DNA from: Octopus vulgaris
Lineage: Eukaryota
Assembly (NCBI GenBank): GCA_951406725.2
Contig: OX597831.1
Span: forward strand, 4,526,001 to 4,590,000
Direction of reading: 5' to 3'
DNA: 64,000 bases
The position numbers were made by a program, and so were the translations under genes. Below the pieces are notes generated by a model. That model saw only the letters and a program-made list of their open reading frames with translations. It was not told the DNA's origin and did no database searches. The number at the start of each line of letters is the position of its first letter. Within the stretch, counting starts at the first letter, position 1. Positions 25,362-38,637 of the stretch are shown piece by piece.

Positions 25362-26007
25362 TACGTACGTACGTATGTATGTATGTATGTATGTATGTAT
25401 GTATGTATGTATGTATGTATGTATGTATGTATGTATGCCTAGTTCTTTGTTTTAGGTGAAGCTATATATAACAAGAATTTAACATTAAGTTCAAGAAACA
25501 CTCAATATTTTGCAGTAGAATACCATATTTTTATAATTTTAGACGGAAAAGTTTGACAACTTCGAAGTTTCGGTTTATTTACGTAGCACAAAGTGACTTA
25601 GCTTAGTTTCAATCCTTATATAAAGTATTCTTTTTTCTTTGAGGTGGAGTTCAACTGAATAGGGAAAAGACCCATATGCAAATTACGTGTTGTGTAAATG
25701 TGTCGGGAAAATAATTGGCTGTATAAAAAGGGGAGAGGGTGAAGGCGTGAAGAAGTAAGGGAAAGGTTTGAGAGAAAATGACGATAAAAACTAAACACTA
25801 GAAAACTGGTTTCACAAACTAGGTTGTGCTCGTTCGATAAACGTTTAGGTGGTTAAATTTGATGAGAGGGTTTGTTTGTTTATTCGTTATTATTTCGGTT
25901 AAGTCGAGCACGTATGTATAAAATCTTTATTTAACCTACAACTTGATAGAGATTTAACCTGCTACTCTTCCATTTATTCTTGTTTGATCTCTAAAAATAT
26001 CATCATA

Positions 26008-26172
26008 GGCGCAGGCATGGCTGTGTGGTAAGAAGCTTGCTTCCCAACCACATGGTTCCGGGTTCTGTTCCACTGCGTAACACCTTGGCCAAGTCTCTTC
26101 TACTCTAGATACAGGCCGAACAAAGGCTTGTGAGTAGATATCGTAGACGGAAATTGAACGAAGCACGCCGTA
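26008..26172 (+). mobile_element. SINE-A, 5' portion
   Basis: Family head. Confidence 0.8.
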
Positions 26173-26192
26173 TATATAAATAAATAAATGAA

Positions 26193-26241
<49 letters not shown>

Positions 26242-26368
26242 TGGTGTGTCTGGGGAGAGTCATTTTCTTCTAGTGCCTTATAATAAAACACACTGACCGG
26301 GGGGGGGGTTGTACCATAGATACTAGGCAAGGGCTATCTGAAATTTAGCCCTATAAACATCGTGACAT

Positions 26369-26729
26369 TACGTCAGTTTCGATGATGAGGGTTCCAGTTG
26401 ATCCGATCAACGGAACGGCGTGCTCGTGAAATTTACGTGCAAGTGGATGAGCAATCCACAGACGCGTGTATTCTTAATGTAGGTTTCGGGAAAATTCGGC
26501 GTGATACAGTGTGGGACAAGGCTGGCCCTTTGAGATAAAGACACAACAAAAACAGGAAGAAAGAGTGAGAGAAAGTTGTGGTGTAAGAGGACAGCAGGTT
26601 CGCTACCATCCCCTGATGCCGGAGCCTCGTGGAGCTTTAGGTGATTTTGCTCAATAAATACTCTCAACGCCCGGTCTGGAAACCGAAACCGCGATTCCGC
26701 TGCCCTAACCACTGGGCCATTGCGCCTCC
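26369..26729 (-). mobile_element. SINE-C (tail X)
   Basis: Colinear with 5129-5515; possible TSD tataaacat. Confidence 0.85.
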
Positions 26730-26792
26730 ACTGTATAAACATATAAAGCAATGAAAGAATAATTATTTTCTGCCTCGTATTGCATTTAAAAG

Positions 26793-27100
26793 TGGAAGCA
26801 TATGGCCTAGTGGTTAGAGCAGCGGACTCGCGGTCGAGGGATCGCTAGTTCGAATGTCAGACCGGACGATGTGTGTATTTATGAGCGAAACTCCTAAGCT
26901 CCACGCAGCTCAGGCAGAAGACAATAGCGAACTTCTGACTCTTTCGCCACATCTTTGTCTCACTATGCCCTCCTGCATCTAACAGTTCACCTGCGACGGA
27001 GCGGCGTCCCGTTCAGAGGAAGAACCTGCACGCCAATGAAACCGGGAAACCGACCCTTCTGAGCCAGGCATGGCTCGAGAAAAAACAAACAACAGCAACA
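26793..27100 (+). mobile_element. SINE-C-like head with a third tail (Z)
   Basis: tggcctagtggttagagcagcggactcgcgg head; body cctgcgacggagcggcgtcccgttcag...gaaaccgggaaacc; ends in (CAA)-like tail. Confidence 0.8.
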
Positions 27101-27427
27101 TGGCATTTGAAACCGTGTAATAAGTTTGTGAAGATATGGTATTCAAGCGAGAAATTTTAACCCTTTGGACGCGAGAAGCGGATATATCCGGTCAACATTT
27201 TATTACTAGAAATATTACATTTCTGAATATCTCAGAGAGATATAAGCAGTGGCTGTACGATAGAGCAGTTGTATACTGTCAACTTAACGTGACAGTCGCA
27301 TAAAGGGAATAATACTACTGCTATTTAGCCCAAGGAAGCATCAACGCTTCCTGCCGGCCTTGACACATTTCCTGTGTCCTTATGTTTACAAGGGGGAGAC
27401 AAGCACCCCCATCCAGCTAAGCCTGCA

Positions 27428-27470
27428 TCAAGAGACTAGTTCCTGAGTTTTTTCTCGTCATCAGTCTGGA
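27428..27470 (-). ncRNA. Hammerhead-like motif (GAAA changed to GGAA)
   Basis: Minus strand: aga CUGAUGA cgag aaaaaa ctca GGAA ctag UC tct. Confidence 0.5.
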
Positions 27471-27627
27471 GTAGCAGACTGTTAACCGTGAAAAGCGGTT
27501 TTACCCCATGGCTTTGTAAAAGAAAGTATCTCCTTATACGGTGAGAAGCGGAGGCACCACCAGTGATATTTTTAAAAAGCAATTTTTCAGATTTTCTTAA
27601 TTTTTTCTCGAATATTTCATCAAATAT

Positions 27628-27902
27628 GTGAAGGCGCGTGGCCTAGTGATTAGGCTGTCACTAGATCGTGGGTTCGATTCTCTAACTGGGCGACACGTTG
27701 TGTTCTTGAGCAAGACACTTTATTTCACGTTACTCCAGTCTACCTTCCGATCGGCAGTGGGGGCATTGTGGAATGTCTGTCTGCTCACCTAGCCATCTGG
27801 GTGGCGTCATTTGAAGGCTAGAACAATGCAAAAGGGCACTGTGACTAGCGATGTGTAACAACATCTTCTAGCCTGGTCGCTAACGTGATCAGGTGTCATG
27901 TG
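27628..27902 (+). mobile_element. SINE-D head with tail Y, 14-bp TSD
   Basis: atttcatcaaatat at 27614-27627 and 27903-27916. Confidence 0.9.
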
Positions 27903-28299
27903 ATTTCATCAAATATCTCTTTACAGAGCAAGAATCAAATATTTTAACTGGCAGATAAGAAAAACCTTATCTACAAGAGAGAGAATCAAAGACGCAGGAA
28001 ATACCAATTCCATTGTTTTTTCTTTCTGCATAATTAACATCAACACGGGAATGACCATGAAATTTTATTTCGCAGTAGAAAGGTTAAAAAAGTTATTAAA
28101 TTCTTCATTTAAAATTCGTCTATTGAAAAAATTAGTACGAGATTTCAAATATCATGGGAAATATGAAATAAAACATACTTTCAGTGTTTTACAATTAATT
28201 TCAATGTATCGCTATCAAATTACATTTACTTAAAGTGTTTTAAACGTATATGTAACAATATCAGGATGCAGTGATATCTAACACAAAATACATATTAAT

Positions 28300-28345
<46 letters not shown>

Positions 28346-28424
28346 TACTATTAATATGTATATATATATATATGTATGTATGTATGTATCTATATGAGAT
28401 GCTATTAATCAAGAGCCTACATAT

Positions 28425-28537
28425 ACTTTATTCTAGGCACAAGGCCCGAAATTTTGGGGGACGGAGCAAGTCGACCGCAGCGCGCAACTGGTACTTGATT
28501 TATCGACCCCTGTAGGACAACGGGCAAAGTCGACCTC
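28425..28537 (-). mobile_element. SINE-B 3' fragment
   Basis: ctggtacttgatttatcgacccc...ggcaaagtcgacctc. Confidence 0.7.
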
Positions 28538-28688
28538 CTACAGCCTACATATACCAGTCATAAACGAAAGAATACGATAAACGTTAGTATATATATGTGT
28601 ATACATACAAAGATACATGTATGTATGTATATATATATGTGTATATATATATATCTATATCTACACACACACACATACACACACATAC

Positions 28689-28732
<44 letters not shown>

Positions 28733-29304
28733 TTGTACTACAAAATCCTACAGTCTAAAAAATGTGACTTATGTTCAGAAGAATTTTACAAAAATTTTAC
28801 ATCTACTTTGATATGCTTGCATATGAATAAATGAATAACAAACATCTAAACAATAGAATGTTTTGAAATAACAAACTACAAATGATTATCCAATCAAGAC
28901 TTGAATTGAAAATATTTCGCGTCTAAATAGTAGATAAATGAAAAACTTGAAATAGTTGAATCGAAGGATATTAAGAAGAAAAACACCTCGAAGAAACCGC
29001 ACGGGTATTCTCGCATGGCTGCTATTGCAACGGTTATTGATCGGTGTTGTTGAAACATGTGTAGGTCTATGTAAAACTCGTGTAATATACTCCAGGAAAC
29101 CGATATGATTAAGATAATATATTTAGAATCATCCAACGGAATATATCTCTAAATTCTTATCTTATGAGAATATTATTGGATTTCTTTATTAACTGTTTAA
29201 TAACATATCTTGAATAACTACCTGAGTAGTTTGGAGTAATTCCTTACTATTTACATATATGTATATATATATACATACACTAATGAGAACTTCGCCCCGA
29301 AAAT

Positions 29305-29741
<437 letters not shown>

Positions 29742-29745
<4 letters not shown>

Positions 29746-29952
29746 GTACGCTGATGAGAACTTCGCCATGCAAATTATATTATTTGCTAATTAAAGTTCG
29801 AAGCCTGAGGTCCGGCTGTAAAACATGGTAAATGTTTTTTATTTTTCATTCCCTTCGAAATTGCTCTTATCTATGGTTTGGACTCTTTTGACTGTTGTGT
29901 CTAGTATGTTAGGCGACCTGTTAAGGCACGCCTCTTTGTGTTTAAATTTACA

Positions 29953-29957
<5 letters not shown>
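29742..29957 (+). mobile_element. Short HHR-bearing repeat (PLE pLTR-like); core CUGAUGA...GAAG...GUC
   Basis: ctgatga 29751-29757, stem II gaactt/aagttc with inner gcaaat/atttgc; homologous to 43098-43320. Confidence 0.65.
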
Positions 29958-30008
<51 letters not shown>

Positions 30009-30015
30009 TATACTT

Positions 30016-30200
30016 AATCCAAACATAAAAATACAACAACGTGAGGATGTGGAACAAGTATAGTGTTATTCGACGCTCGAGAAAGGAAAGAAAGGAGGAT
30101 TTAACGTTTCGGGTGGAGCTCTTCGTCAGAAGCATAGGGAAAGGAAAGATCCAAGGAAGGGAAGACGGAGGAAAAAAATCGCCAACGATACACACGTATT
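30016..30200 (-). mobile_element. PLE pLTR-like fragment with minimal HHR
   Basis: Minus strand CUGACGA agagctccaccc GAAA cgt UA at ~30100-30130; flanked by (TA)n. Confidence 0.55.
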
Positions 30201-30230
30201 CACATATTGAACATATATATATATATATAT

Positions 30231-30440
30231 AAAATAAAACTGGATCTCTTCCTGTCATGTGTCCCAGATGAACAAACTTCACGGCAGGAGGTGCAGATGA
30301 GGGCAGCTGCATCGAACTCTCTCATGCACCAAATGGCAATTGCTAAAAAGCATTCGTGAAGTAAAATCATGTAGCAACACCAAATGGCGGTGCCCCAGCA
30401 TGGCCACAGCTCGCGAGCTGAAACTAGATGAAATAAAATA
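30231..30440 (+). mobile_element. CR1-like LINE 3' end (ORF2 C-terminus and 3' UTR)
   Basis: Frame reads KLDLFLSCVPDEQTSRQEVQMRAAASNSLMHQMAIAKKHS* (stop 30357-30359); tail ggcggtgccccagcatggccacagctcgcgagctgaaac. Confidence 0.8.
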
Positions 30441-30646
30441 ATATATATATATATATATATATATACTTATGTTCTTTTTTTTTTTGCCCGTAACATAATG
30501 CAGTGCAGTATTGCTCTGATGGTCCGTCTTCGTTAAGTATTCAATTCCAGTTCCACTTGGACTATTGAAAGCATAGGTTCCAAACAGCCACAACGTTGAA
30601 ACGTAACTAGGAAACACATGATTATAAACTTACGTTTATCACAATT

Positions 30647-30681
<35 letters not shown>

Positions 30682-31284
30682 CACGCACATATAACTGTAT
30701 AGGACTCCTGATATATTATACAGATTAGCTTATTACTTCACAAATTTCGTTGTCTATAATTTTATGGTGATAACGCGTAATGGTTAAGTGTCAACGCGTG
30801 TGTGTACGTGTGTGTGTAAGTGCGCTTGTACGTGTGTACATGTATATTTATATGTGTGTGTGTGTGTGTCTTAAAATATTTTCACTTATTTTCCGTTCAT
30901 TTACTTATTTCTGTCTTGGGTCTTTTTATAATTCTTGCAGCTGTCAATACCGCTCGTTATTTCTCATTTATTTCAACGAAATCCACTCAAACCACTCAGT
31001 AAACAAACAACTCCACTATTAATTACAATGACTCAGCATTTCTACGGACAACAGAAATAGTTAGAAGCTGATATTAATCCTGTGATAATAATATTGACGT
31101 TGCTCTTTCTAGTCGTCTTCTACTTGTTGCTGTTGTTGTTGTTGTTGTTAATGGTGGTGGTGATGGTGGTCGTGGTCGTGGTCGTCGTTGTGTTGGTGAT
31201 GGCTGTGATGGTGGTGATGCTGTTGCTATAACAGTTTGAGAAAACGTACGTATTGATGAGAGGTGCCGACCACTAGCTTATATG

Positions 31285-31367
<83 letters not shown>

Positions 31368-31420
31368 ATATGTATATGAATGTATCTCTCACTCTCTCTT
31401 TCTCTCTCTATCTATCTATC

Positions 31421-31469
<49 letters not shown>

Positions 31470-31821
31470 ACGTATATATAGACACACACAGATATATACA
31501 TATGAACAAATATATATCATACATATAAATATATATATGGATGTAATATAAACACTAGTGTATATATTCATGCGTAGATAACAGACAATGAGCGAGAAAG
31601 TCAGTTCAAATGAAGTCTTAGTTGGAGAGAGAGATACAGAGGGACAAGAAGAGAGGGAAAATCAGAGAAAGTGAGTGAGAGAGAGAGAGGGGGGAGAAAG
31701 AAAGGATGTGAAAGGATGTGAAGGAAATTTTAGTGAGATAAAAACTCCTTAATTTTTTAATTTGGATATTCGAGTTACCCAAAAATTATTGATCAAATTT
31801 GTGATTGTTTGAAAGGAATAA

Positions 31822-32038
31822 TCCTTCCTACTCTAGGCACAAGGCCTGACATTTTTGGAGAGGGGGCCAGACGATTAGATCGACCCCAGTACGCAACTAG
31901 TACTTAATTTATCGACCCCGAAATGGATGAAAGGCAAATTTGACCTCGACGAAATTTGAACTCAGAACGTAAAGACAGACGAAATACCGCTAAACATTTC
32001 GTCCGGTGTGCTAACGTTTCTGCCAGCTCGCCGCCTTA
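31822..32038 (-). mobile_element. SINE-B, full length
   Basis: Head aaggcggcgagctggcagaaacgttagc. Confidence 0.9.
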
Positions 32039-32051
32039 AGTCCAATGAAAT

Positions 32052-32185
32052 ATTCTTTTCTACTGTAGGCACAGGGCTCGAAATTATTGGGAAGGGGGGC
32101 CAGTCGATTAAATTGACCCTAGAACGCAACTGATACTTAATTTATCGACCCCGAAAGGATGAAAGGCAAAATCGACCTCGGTGGA
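32052..32185 (-). mobile_element. SINE-B 3' fragment
   Basis: Nin-like domain and 3' end. Confidence 0.8.
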
Positions 32186-32651
32186 AAGGATTGTAAAGCT
32201 GAAATGATTGAGAAAAGAGAATTTACTCTTCGGTTAAGCTCTTACCAAAATTTTAAAGATCCCCTAGGAAAAGAAAGTGAGGGTCGAGAGGGAAGTGCTA
32301 CGTTTCATTAAATTTGTGAAAAGATGGGTGGCTATGACAAAAATGTTTAGAGGGATTGGTCTTACTCTAAGTATGCGCCTGTAATTTGAAAAACATGCGA
32401 AAAGGTTCGTACCATTGGTGGTCAGGTTAATCCTAGATCTTTCGGGCTTCTTGATTGGCCATGGTTGGAGGTTAACCTGTGTCAGATGGACGGCAACATT
32501 CATGTTATCACAACATTTATATATTATCTATACAGTCATTTCACCGTCTTTTCCATATCTTTCTCCCCCACCTTTATGTAAGTCCCAATACAAATTGTTA
32601 TTTGTCCTTGCGATGTCCCATTTATCTATGTCCCATTGGTTAATAAAAGAA

Positions 32652-32711
<60 letters not shown>

Positions 32712-32739
32712 TTCCAATTGATTTGCATTTCATTTCATC

Positions 32740-33560
32740 TTCCGACTGGGTCTCAACTAGAGGCCTAAGCCACGAATATATTTGATGGAGAGAAACTTCC
32801 TGAAAATGTGCGCGTGTTGATCTCAACTCAATATTTTGGCTCTCGGGGATTGTTGGTTTTCCAGGGATCTGGTCAAAAAATTTGTCACCGCCTTTCTTGG
32901 TCATTCCCAGGGTACTCACATCAATAAGGATTGTTTTGATTTTTAATTGACATGTCCTAGATATCTTAATTTCAAGGTCGACAGGTTTTCAAATTTCTTT
33001 GCTGAGATGTTTCTTATTACATTACTGCCCACAAGGTGCTACACACAGAGGGGACAAACAACGACAGACAAACGGATTAAGTCGATTTATATCGACCCCA
33101 GTGCGTAACTGGTACTTACTTAATCGACCCCAAAAGGATGAAAGGTAAAGTTGACCTTAGCGGAATTTGAACACAGAATGTAGCGGCAGACGAAATACCG
33201 CTAAGCATTTCGCCCGTCGTACTAACATTTCTGCCTGCTTGTCGCCTGGCCGAGATATTTCTATTAGTAGGCACAGTCATATCAATTAACAGACGTGTTC
33301 TTTGTCTAATCTTTGATGACAATGTCTGGCGTGTTAGTATTTCGTCACCTGTATGTATTCCATAATCTCATTGGATAGTGACATTCTATCCCCCAGTGAT
33401 TGGCTCTGGATGATGTTTATACTAGTTCTTAGGGTGTGGGATATCACATTGACAGCTTATGCTCCAGTGCAAGTATTGGCCAACTCATACTCTAGTTCTA
33501 TATTCTGTAGGGGCAAGGACCGAGCAACCAGCAACCAGCAACAATATCGTCACTAGTCCC
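32740..33560 (-). mobile_element. R4/Dong-like RLE LINE 3' fragment interrupted by SINE-B
   Basis: LLIDMTVPTNRNIS endonuclease motif; (TAA)n at the 3' end (32651-32711). Confidence 0.7.
33015..33248 (-). mobile_element. SINE-B nested in LINE, with degenerate 14-bp TSD
   Basis: gctgagatgtttct 33001-33014 versus gccgagatatttct 33249-33262. Confidence 0.85.
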
Positions 33561-33623
33561 AAGTTTGTCACATCCATCATAACTACTCGTCTGAAAAGAG
33601 TGAACCGATATATCCATTATGGA

Positions 33624-33952
33624 TGGAACAGCCTGCTCGTGAAATTAACGTGTAAGTGGCTGAGCACTCCACAGACACACGTGTACCCTTAACGTAGATC
33701 TTGGGGATATTCAGCGTGACACAGAGTGTGACAAGGCCGGCCCTTTGAAATACAGGTACAACAGAAACAGGAAGTAAGAGTGAGAGAAAGTTGTGGTGAA
33801 AGAGTACAGCAGGGATCGCCACCATACCTGCCGGAGCCTCGTGGAGCTTTAGGTGTTTTCGCTCAATAAACACTCACAACGCCCGGTCTGGGAATCGAAA
33901 CCGCGATCCTACGACCGCGAGTCCGCTGCCCTAACCACTGGGCCATTGCACA
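33624..33952 (-). mobile_element. SINE-C (tail X)
   Basis: Very similar to 5129-5515. Confidence 0.9.
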
Positions 33953-34009
33953 TCCCCACGCATCCCCTTACACAGACACATACATACATACGCATACACG
34001 CATGCAACG

Positions 34010-34148
34010 TGCTTCAGTTTTCGTCAAGCAAAATTAGGTCATATTAGTCGGCCCAGGGCTATAATAGAAAACCCCCGCCCAGAGTGCCACGCAGTGGGAC
34101 TAAAACAGGAACCATGTAGTCGGAAAGCGAACGGCTTACCACACACAA
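34010..34148 (-). mobile_element. Degenerate SINE-A head
   Basis: gtgccacgcagtgggactaaa...cttaccacaca. Confidence 0.7.
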
Positions 34149-34164
34149 GCTGGGTACATGCATC

Positions 34165-34600
34165 ACTGGGTACATGCATCACAACCATATATACACGATA
34201 TGGCGATCCCATATCACAAGTGGGCCCAGTTAGAATTTTCTTTGGGTGGATTAGCCCATCCCGCTCAAAAGTTCCCTGAATAAGGGTTGTCTAATGATAA
34301 TCTACGATACATTCATGTTTCCAAAGGTGAATTATTCAAGCCCCAAAGAACACCTCTCAACATATAGATATGATGCTCTCCTGCTACTCCTGCTTGTGAT
34401 CAGGGATGCACATATCGTCAGCCACTAAGGGACATTCTCAACTGGTTAAGGTCAAGCAAATGACAGACAAATCTGTGGTTTTTTGTAGAATATTTGTTGT
34501 AGCCCATCTTTTAAAGCAAGACAAAACAATGTACATGATGGCACTTCCAATCAGTTAAGATCAGAAGCCATGAGAGCCACTGCTTCGGATTGTATCCGGG
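34165..34600. repeat. Non-coding dispersed repeat family I (partial)
   Basis: Colinear with 61879-62436. Confidence 0.8.
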
Positions 34601-34624
34601 TTTCTTGAATGTTATGCCAAGTGT

Positions 34625-34940
34625 ATCAGTTACTACAGAAAGAATTACCTCCGTCTTCTAGTCTCATTCGCTCTCTTCTTAGATCCTGATATTTCTCAGT
34701 TTTTTCAAATTCTTTGGGGTCAGCTTTGCAATCACAAGGAATTGCCAAATCTATGACCTTACACTATTTCTTTATTTTATCTTCTTGCTTCAATAATGTG
34801 GTCAGTCTTTACAGCGATAGCCTATAAGATCCCGTAATTCTCATTTAATGTCAGAGTCACTCTTTGTTGTTCATTAAAATTTTCTGTTATTTTAAAGCCT
34901 CACTGATACTCTCGTCTCCTTTCCCACTGGTTTTACATGT
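34625..34940 (-). mobile_element. Decayed RLE LINE fragment
   Basis: KVIDLAIPCD..KEFEKTEKYQDL motif on the minus strand. Confidence 0.65.
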
Positions 34941-34981
34941 GCTGTCTGAATGAGTTTCGTCCATCATTGCTGTTGGTGTTG

Positions 34982-35021
<40 letters not shown>

Positions 35022-35077
35022 CATTATTATTATTGCTGCTGCTGCTGCTGCTGCTGTTGTTGTTGTTGTTGTTGTTA

Positions 35078-35239
35078 TTCTGAAAGACTCTCGGATAGTT
35101 CTTAATTACCGGCTATTCTTTACTTGAAAGCGGGCAATAAGAAATCACCAAAGGTCTCAAGTGATTCAAAGAGACAATACTCTCCTTAGAATGCGAGCTG
35201 CACCCAACAATGCTGTCTTCTGGATCACCTCACCGAAAA

Positions 35240-35240
<1 letters not shown>
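35078..35240 (-). mobile_element. Dong-like LINE extreme 3' end
   Basis: EVIQKTALLGAARILRRVLS. Confidence 0.75.
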
Positions 35241-35298
<58 letters not shown>

Positions 35299-35767
35299 GC
35301 CTTCGCACAGCTTCTAACGCTCGAGATGTACTACAGTGCCAGCTGTTCACTGCCAGTGAACTTATGTAACATCTCTTATTTTTCGAGCATCTTCCAGAGT
35401 ATTCGAGCGGCTCCAAGCAGTGCTGTTTTCTGCAAGCGCTCCGCCCTTATTGCAGCCCCTATCTGTTCCACGTACTTCTCGAGATTTTTGCTCACTGTTC
35501 CCAGGGCTCCGACAATTATTGGTACTACTGCTACCTTTTTCATCGACCAGAACTGCTCAACTTCCCAAGTTAACCTGTCTCGACTGATCTTTCTTCCTTA
35601 TCGCATACCTTGTTGTCAGCTGGACATGCTATATCTATGATCCAGCATAGTTTGTTTTCTTTCTCAATTAAGACTATGTCCGACTTCCTATTCTCTATCT
35701 CATGGTCGCACTGAATCAAAAAATCCCATAGGATCTTTGCATTTCCATTTTCGACGATGCCTTCGGG

Positions 35768-35768
<1 letters not shown>
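35299..35768 (-). mobile_element. Dong-like LINE 3' fragment
   Basis: KILWDFLIQCDHEIENRKSDIV...IIDIACPAD...VPIIVGALG...LQKTALLGAARIL; (TAA)n on both sides. Confidence 0.85.
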
Positions 35769-35832
<64 letters not shown>

Positions 35833-35835
35833 TAA

Positions 35836-35878
<43 letters not shown>

Positions 35879-35920
35879 GTTGTTGTTGTTGTTGTTATTA
35901 TTATTGTTATTATTATTATT

Positions 35921-36452
35921 TCACTCTTTCTTCAAATTTTCTCCCACTTCTCGCCGAGTGTTTTCCGTACACCGAGGGCAGAGAAGCTCATTGTATGCAT
36001 TCCTAGATTACACACGTAAATTCACAGGTAAAATATATTCATGAGTGGATGTTTTCATAGCGATAATGCTCGTTCCAGTTAACACGATGTTTTGCATTTC
36101 CTGTAGAGATGGTAAGCCTGGTATCATTTTCAAATAGGTTTCAGTAACCTTTTTTTTTTATCATTCCTAGAGATCCTACAATCACTGGTACTGTAGTCAC
36201 CTTGAAAATGCCACATTTTTTCAATTTCTATTAGCAAGTCTTTATATTTACTGATCTTGTCAAATTCTCTCGCCGCTATATTGCGATCGCAAGGAATATT
36301 CATGTCAATTGATAAACACACCTTTCTTGTCTGATCTTTTATAATAATATCTGGTTTTATAGTTTTGTCGGTAAGGGGAAGTTCTGACACATTTTCTCCC
36401 TCAGTCACAGCTTCAGGATGGTATTTATACCTTTTGTTGGCGATTTTGATTT
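35921..36452 (-). mobile_element. Dong-like LINE 3' fragment
   Basis: KPDIIIKD...IDMNIPCDRNIAAREFDKISKYKDL; (TAA)n on both sides. Confidence 0.85.
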
Positions 36453-36454
36453 TA

Positions 36455-36539
<85 letters not shown>

Positions 36540-36542
<3 letters not shown>

Positions 36543-36962
36543 TAGTTTTATTTTTATAGCGTGCTTTCACTTCACTACCGAGCGCAGTTCTGTGTGCCTT
36601 GGGTATGTGCTGTGATTTGTTGTGATGATTTGATGGTTATTGTATGGAAAGTGTTCTGCGTAGGATGTGTGCAGTGCCTAGTAGTGCAATTTTCTGTATG
36701 TTATATGTGTTTGTAAGTCCTGGTGTTTTTGTTATGTATTTGTCTGAATATTTTTTATCATGCCTAATGCACCTACTATGATAGGAATTGTTTCTATTTT
36801 TAGATTCCACATTCTGGTTACCTCTATTTCCAGGTCTTTGTATTTTGAAAGTTTCTCCATTTCTTTTAGAGACACGTTGTCATCTGCCGGTATTGATTCA
36901 TCAATTAGAAAGCATATTTCGTTCATGATCTCTGACCACTATATCTGGTCTGTTGGCCTTAA
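36540..36962 (-). mobile_element. Dong-like LINE 3' fragment (same subfamily as 62548-64000)
   Basis: ANRPDIVVRD...LIDESIPADDNVSLKEMEKLSKYKDL...PIIVGALG; (TAA)n on both sides. Confidence 0.88.
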
Positions 36963-37054
<92 letters not shown>

Positions 37055-37390
37055 TCGCATTTGAAAGAGTGAAACTCAATTAGGTAGAACAGCGTGAAAA
37101 TATTGGCTAGAAAAAGAGTAAGGCTGCCCGTCGAACGCAAATCTATGTCTTCTATATGACAGACATCATACTGCCCAAAGGACTTTTAACCCCAATATTT
37201 ACACAGAATTATTTATAGCTTCCACCACTAAAAAACAAAACAAATTAGTTCACGTTCTCTCAAAATCTCTAAATTTCTGTAACGTCAAAATTGTTATTAC
37301 TGCTATTATTAACATTATTATTATTATTCATTATTTTTGTGCATTTCAGTGGAAATATTTATGCGAACTCATCTAACTGAGATATTTTCC

Positions 37391-37480
37391 AGAATATTAC
37401 TGAATACGGCTGGATATGATTGGACATTGTTGGATACGACTGGATATTACTGGATATTACTGGATATGAATGGATACCAC
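37391..37480 (+). repeat. 10-bp minisatellite (tggatattac), ~9 units
   Basis: Period 10 visible. Confidence 0.85.
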
Positions 37481-37869
37481 AACCTATTACTGGATTGGCT
37501 TTAAATTTATTTTAGATGATTACGTTTTTATTGTTTGCAGCGATGCTTTGTTTCTCTCGTTAATCACAATAGAAATGGCAGCAAGCAGAAGGTGCCCGAA
37601 ATGAGACCAGATGTAATCCAGATGTAATCTAGATGTAGTCTAAATATATTCTAGATGACCACCACACGTTAAACACTCCACATGAAATATGACGCCTGTG
37701 AAATGAATATTAAAATAGCCGATAGACGCACATATGATTATATCATTGTATAAATACACACACGTATATATATATATAAATATATATACGTACGTAGATA
37801 TAATCATATATATAATGTGTCTGTGTATATATATATGCATATATATATATATATGTATGAATATGTATG

Positions 37870-37930
<61 letters not shown>

Positions 37931-38320
37931 TTGTGTGCGTGTTTGCTTATGTTTGGTATCAAAATTATCTGGAGACAAAATTTTTCTCCAGATTTTCTAA
38001 TTATCCGTAGGTATGTGTATGTGTGTTCGTATGTGTGTTCCTATGTGTGTGTGTGTCTGTGCGTGTGTGTCTGTACGTGTGTGTGTGTGTACGTATAGCT
38101 TCACGCACATTTCATACCTACACTTATAATATGCATGTATATGAGTGTGTATACACGCGCATATAGCTATATCTATGTGCGCATATACATACATAATTAC
38201 ATACTTACTATGTATACCTAATTTCAGCGTTGGTGGTCTTCTGAAATAATTCCAAAATGAGTAAATAACCATTCACTCTTGTTCACATACTCTGTATGGA
38301 GTATCTGTTAAACCAATGCC

Positions 38321-38360
<40 letters not shown>

Positions 38361-38455
38361 GATGTGCAAGAAATGATTAAAAACATGGAGACAAATTCAT
38401 GGGAAGCAAAATCCCAGAACGAACAAATAACATACGGAAAAAACAATTTCTAGGT

Positions 38456-38504
<49 letters not shown>

Positions 38505-38637
38505 TCTCATAATTTTTCCCGATAGAAAAACCATAAAATCAAAATGAAACACTTGCACATCTCCACGATGCACATTTCCGCTGTCTGTGATGCAGCGAAT
38601 GCACTCAATAGAAATAGGATTAGTGAAGAATACGGTA

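Larger units (their letters stand above)
27161..28083. mobile_element. Possible non-autonomous piggyBac-like element with nested insertions
   Basis: TTAA|ccctttggacgcga at left and tcgcagtagaaagg|TTAA at right; TIR match is imperfect. Confidence 0.4.

Noticed and set aside
25660-25730. Octamer, CCAAT and TATA in a histone-promoter-like order
   Set aside because: No histone or other ORF downstream
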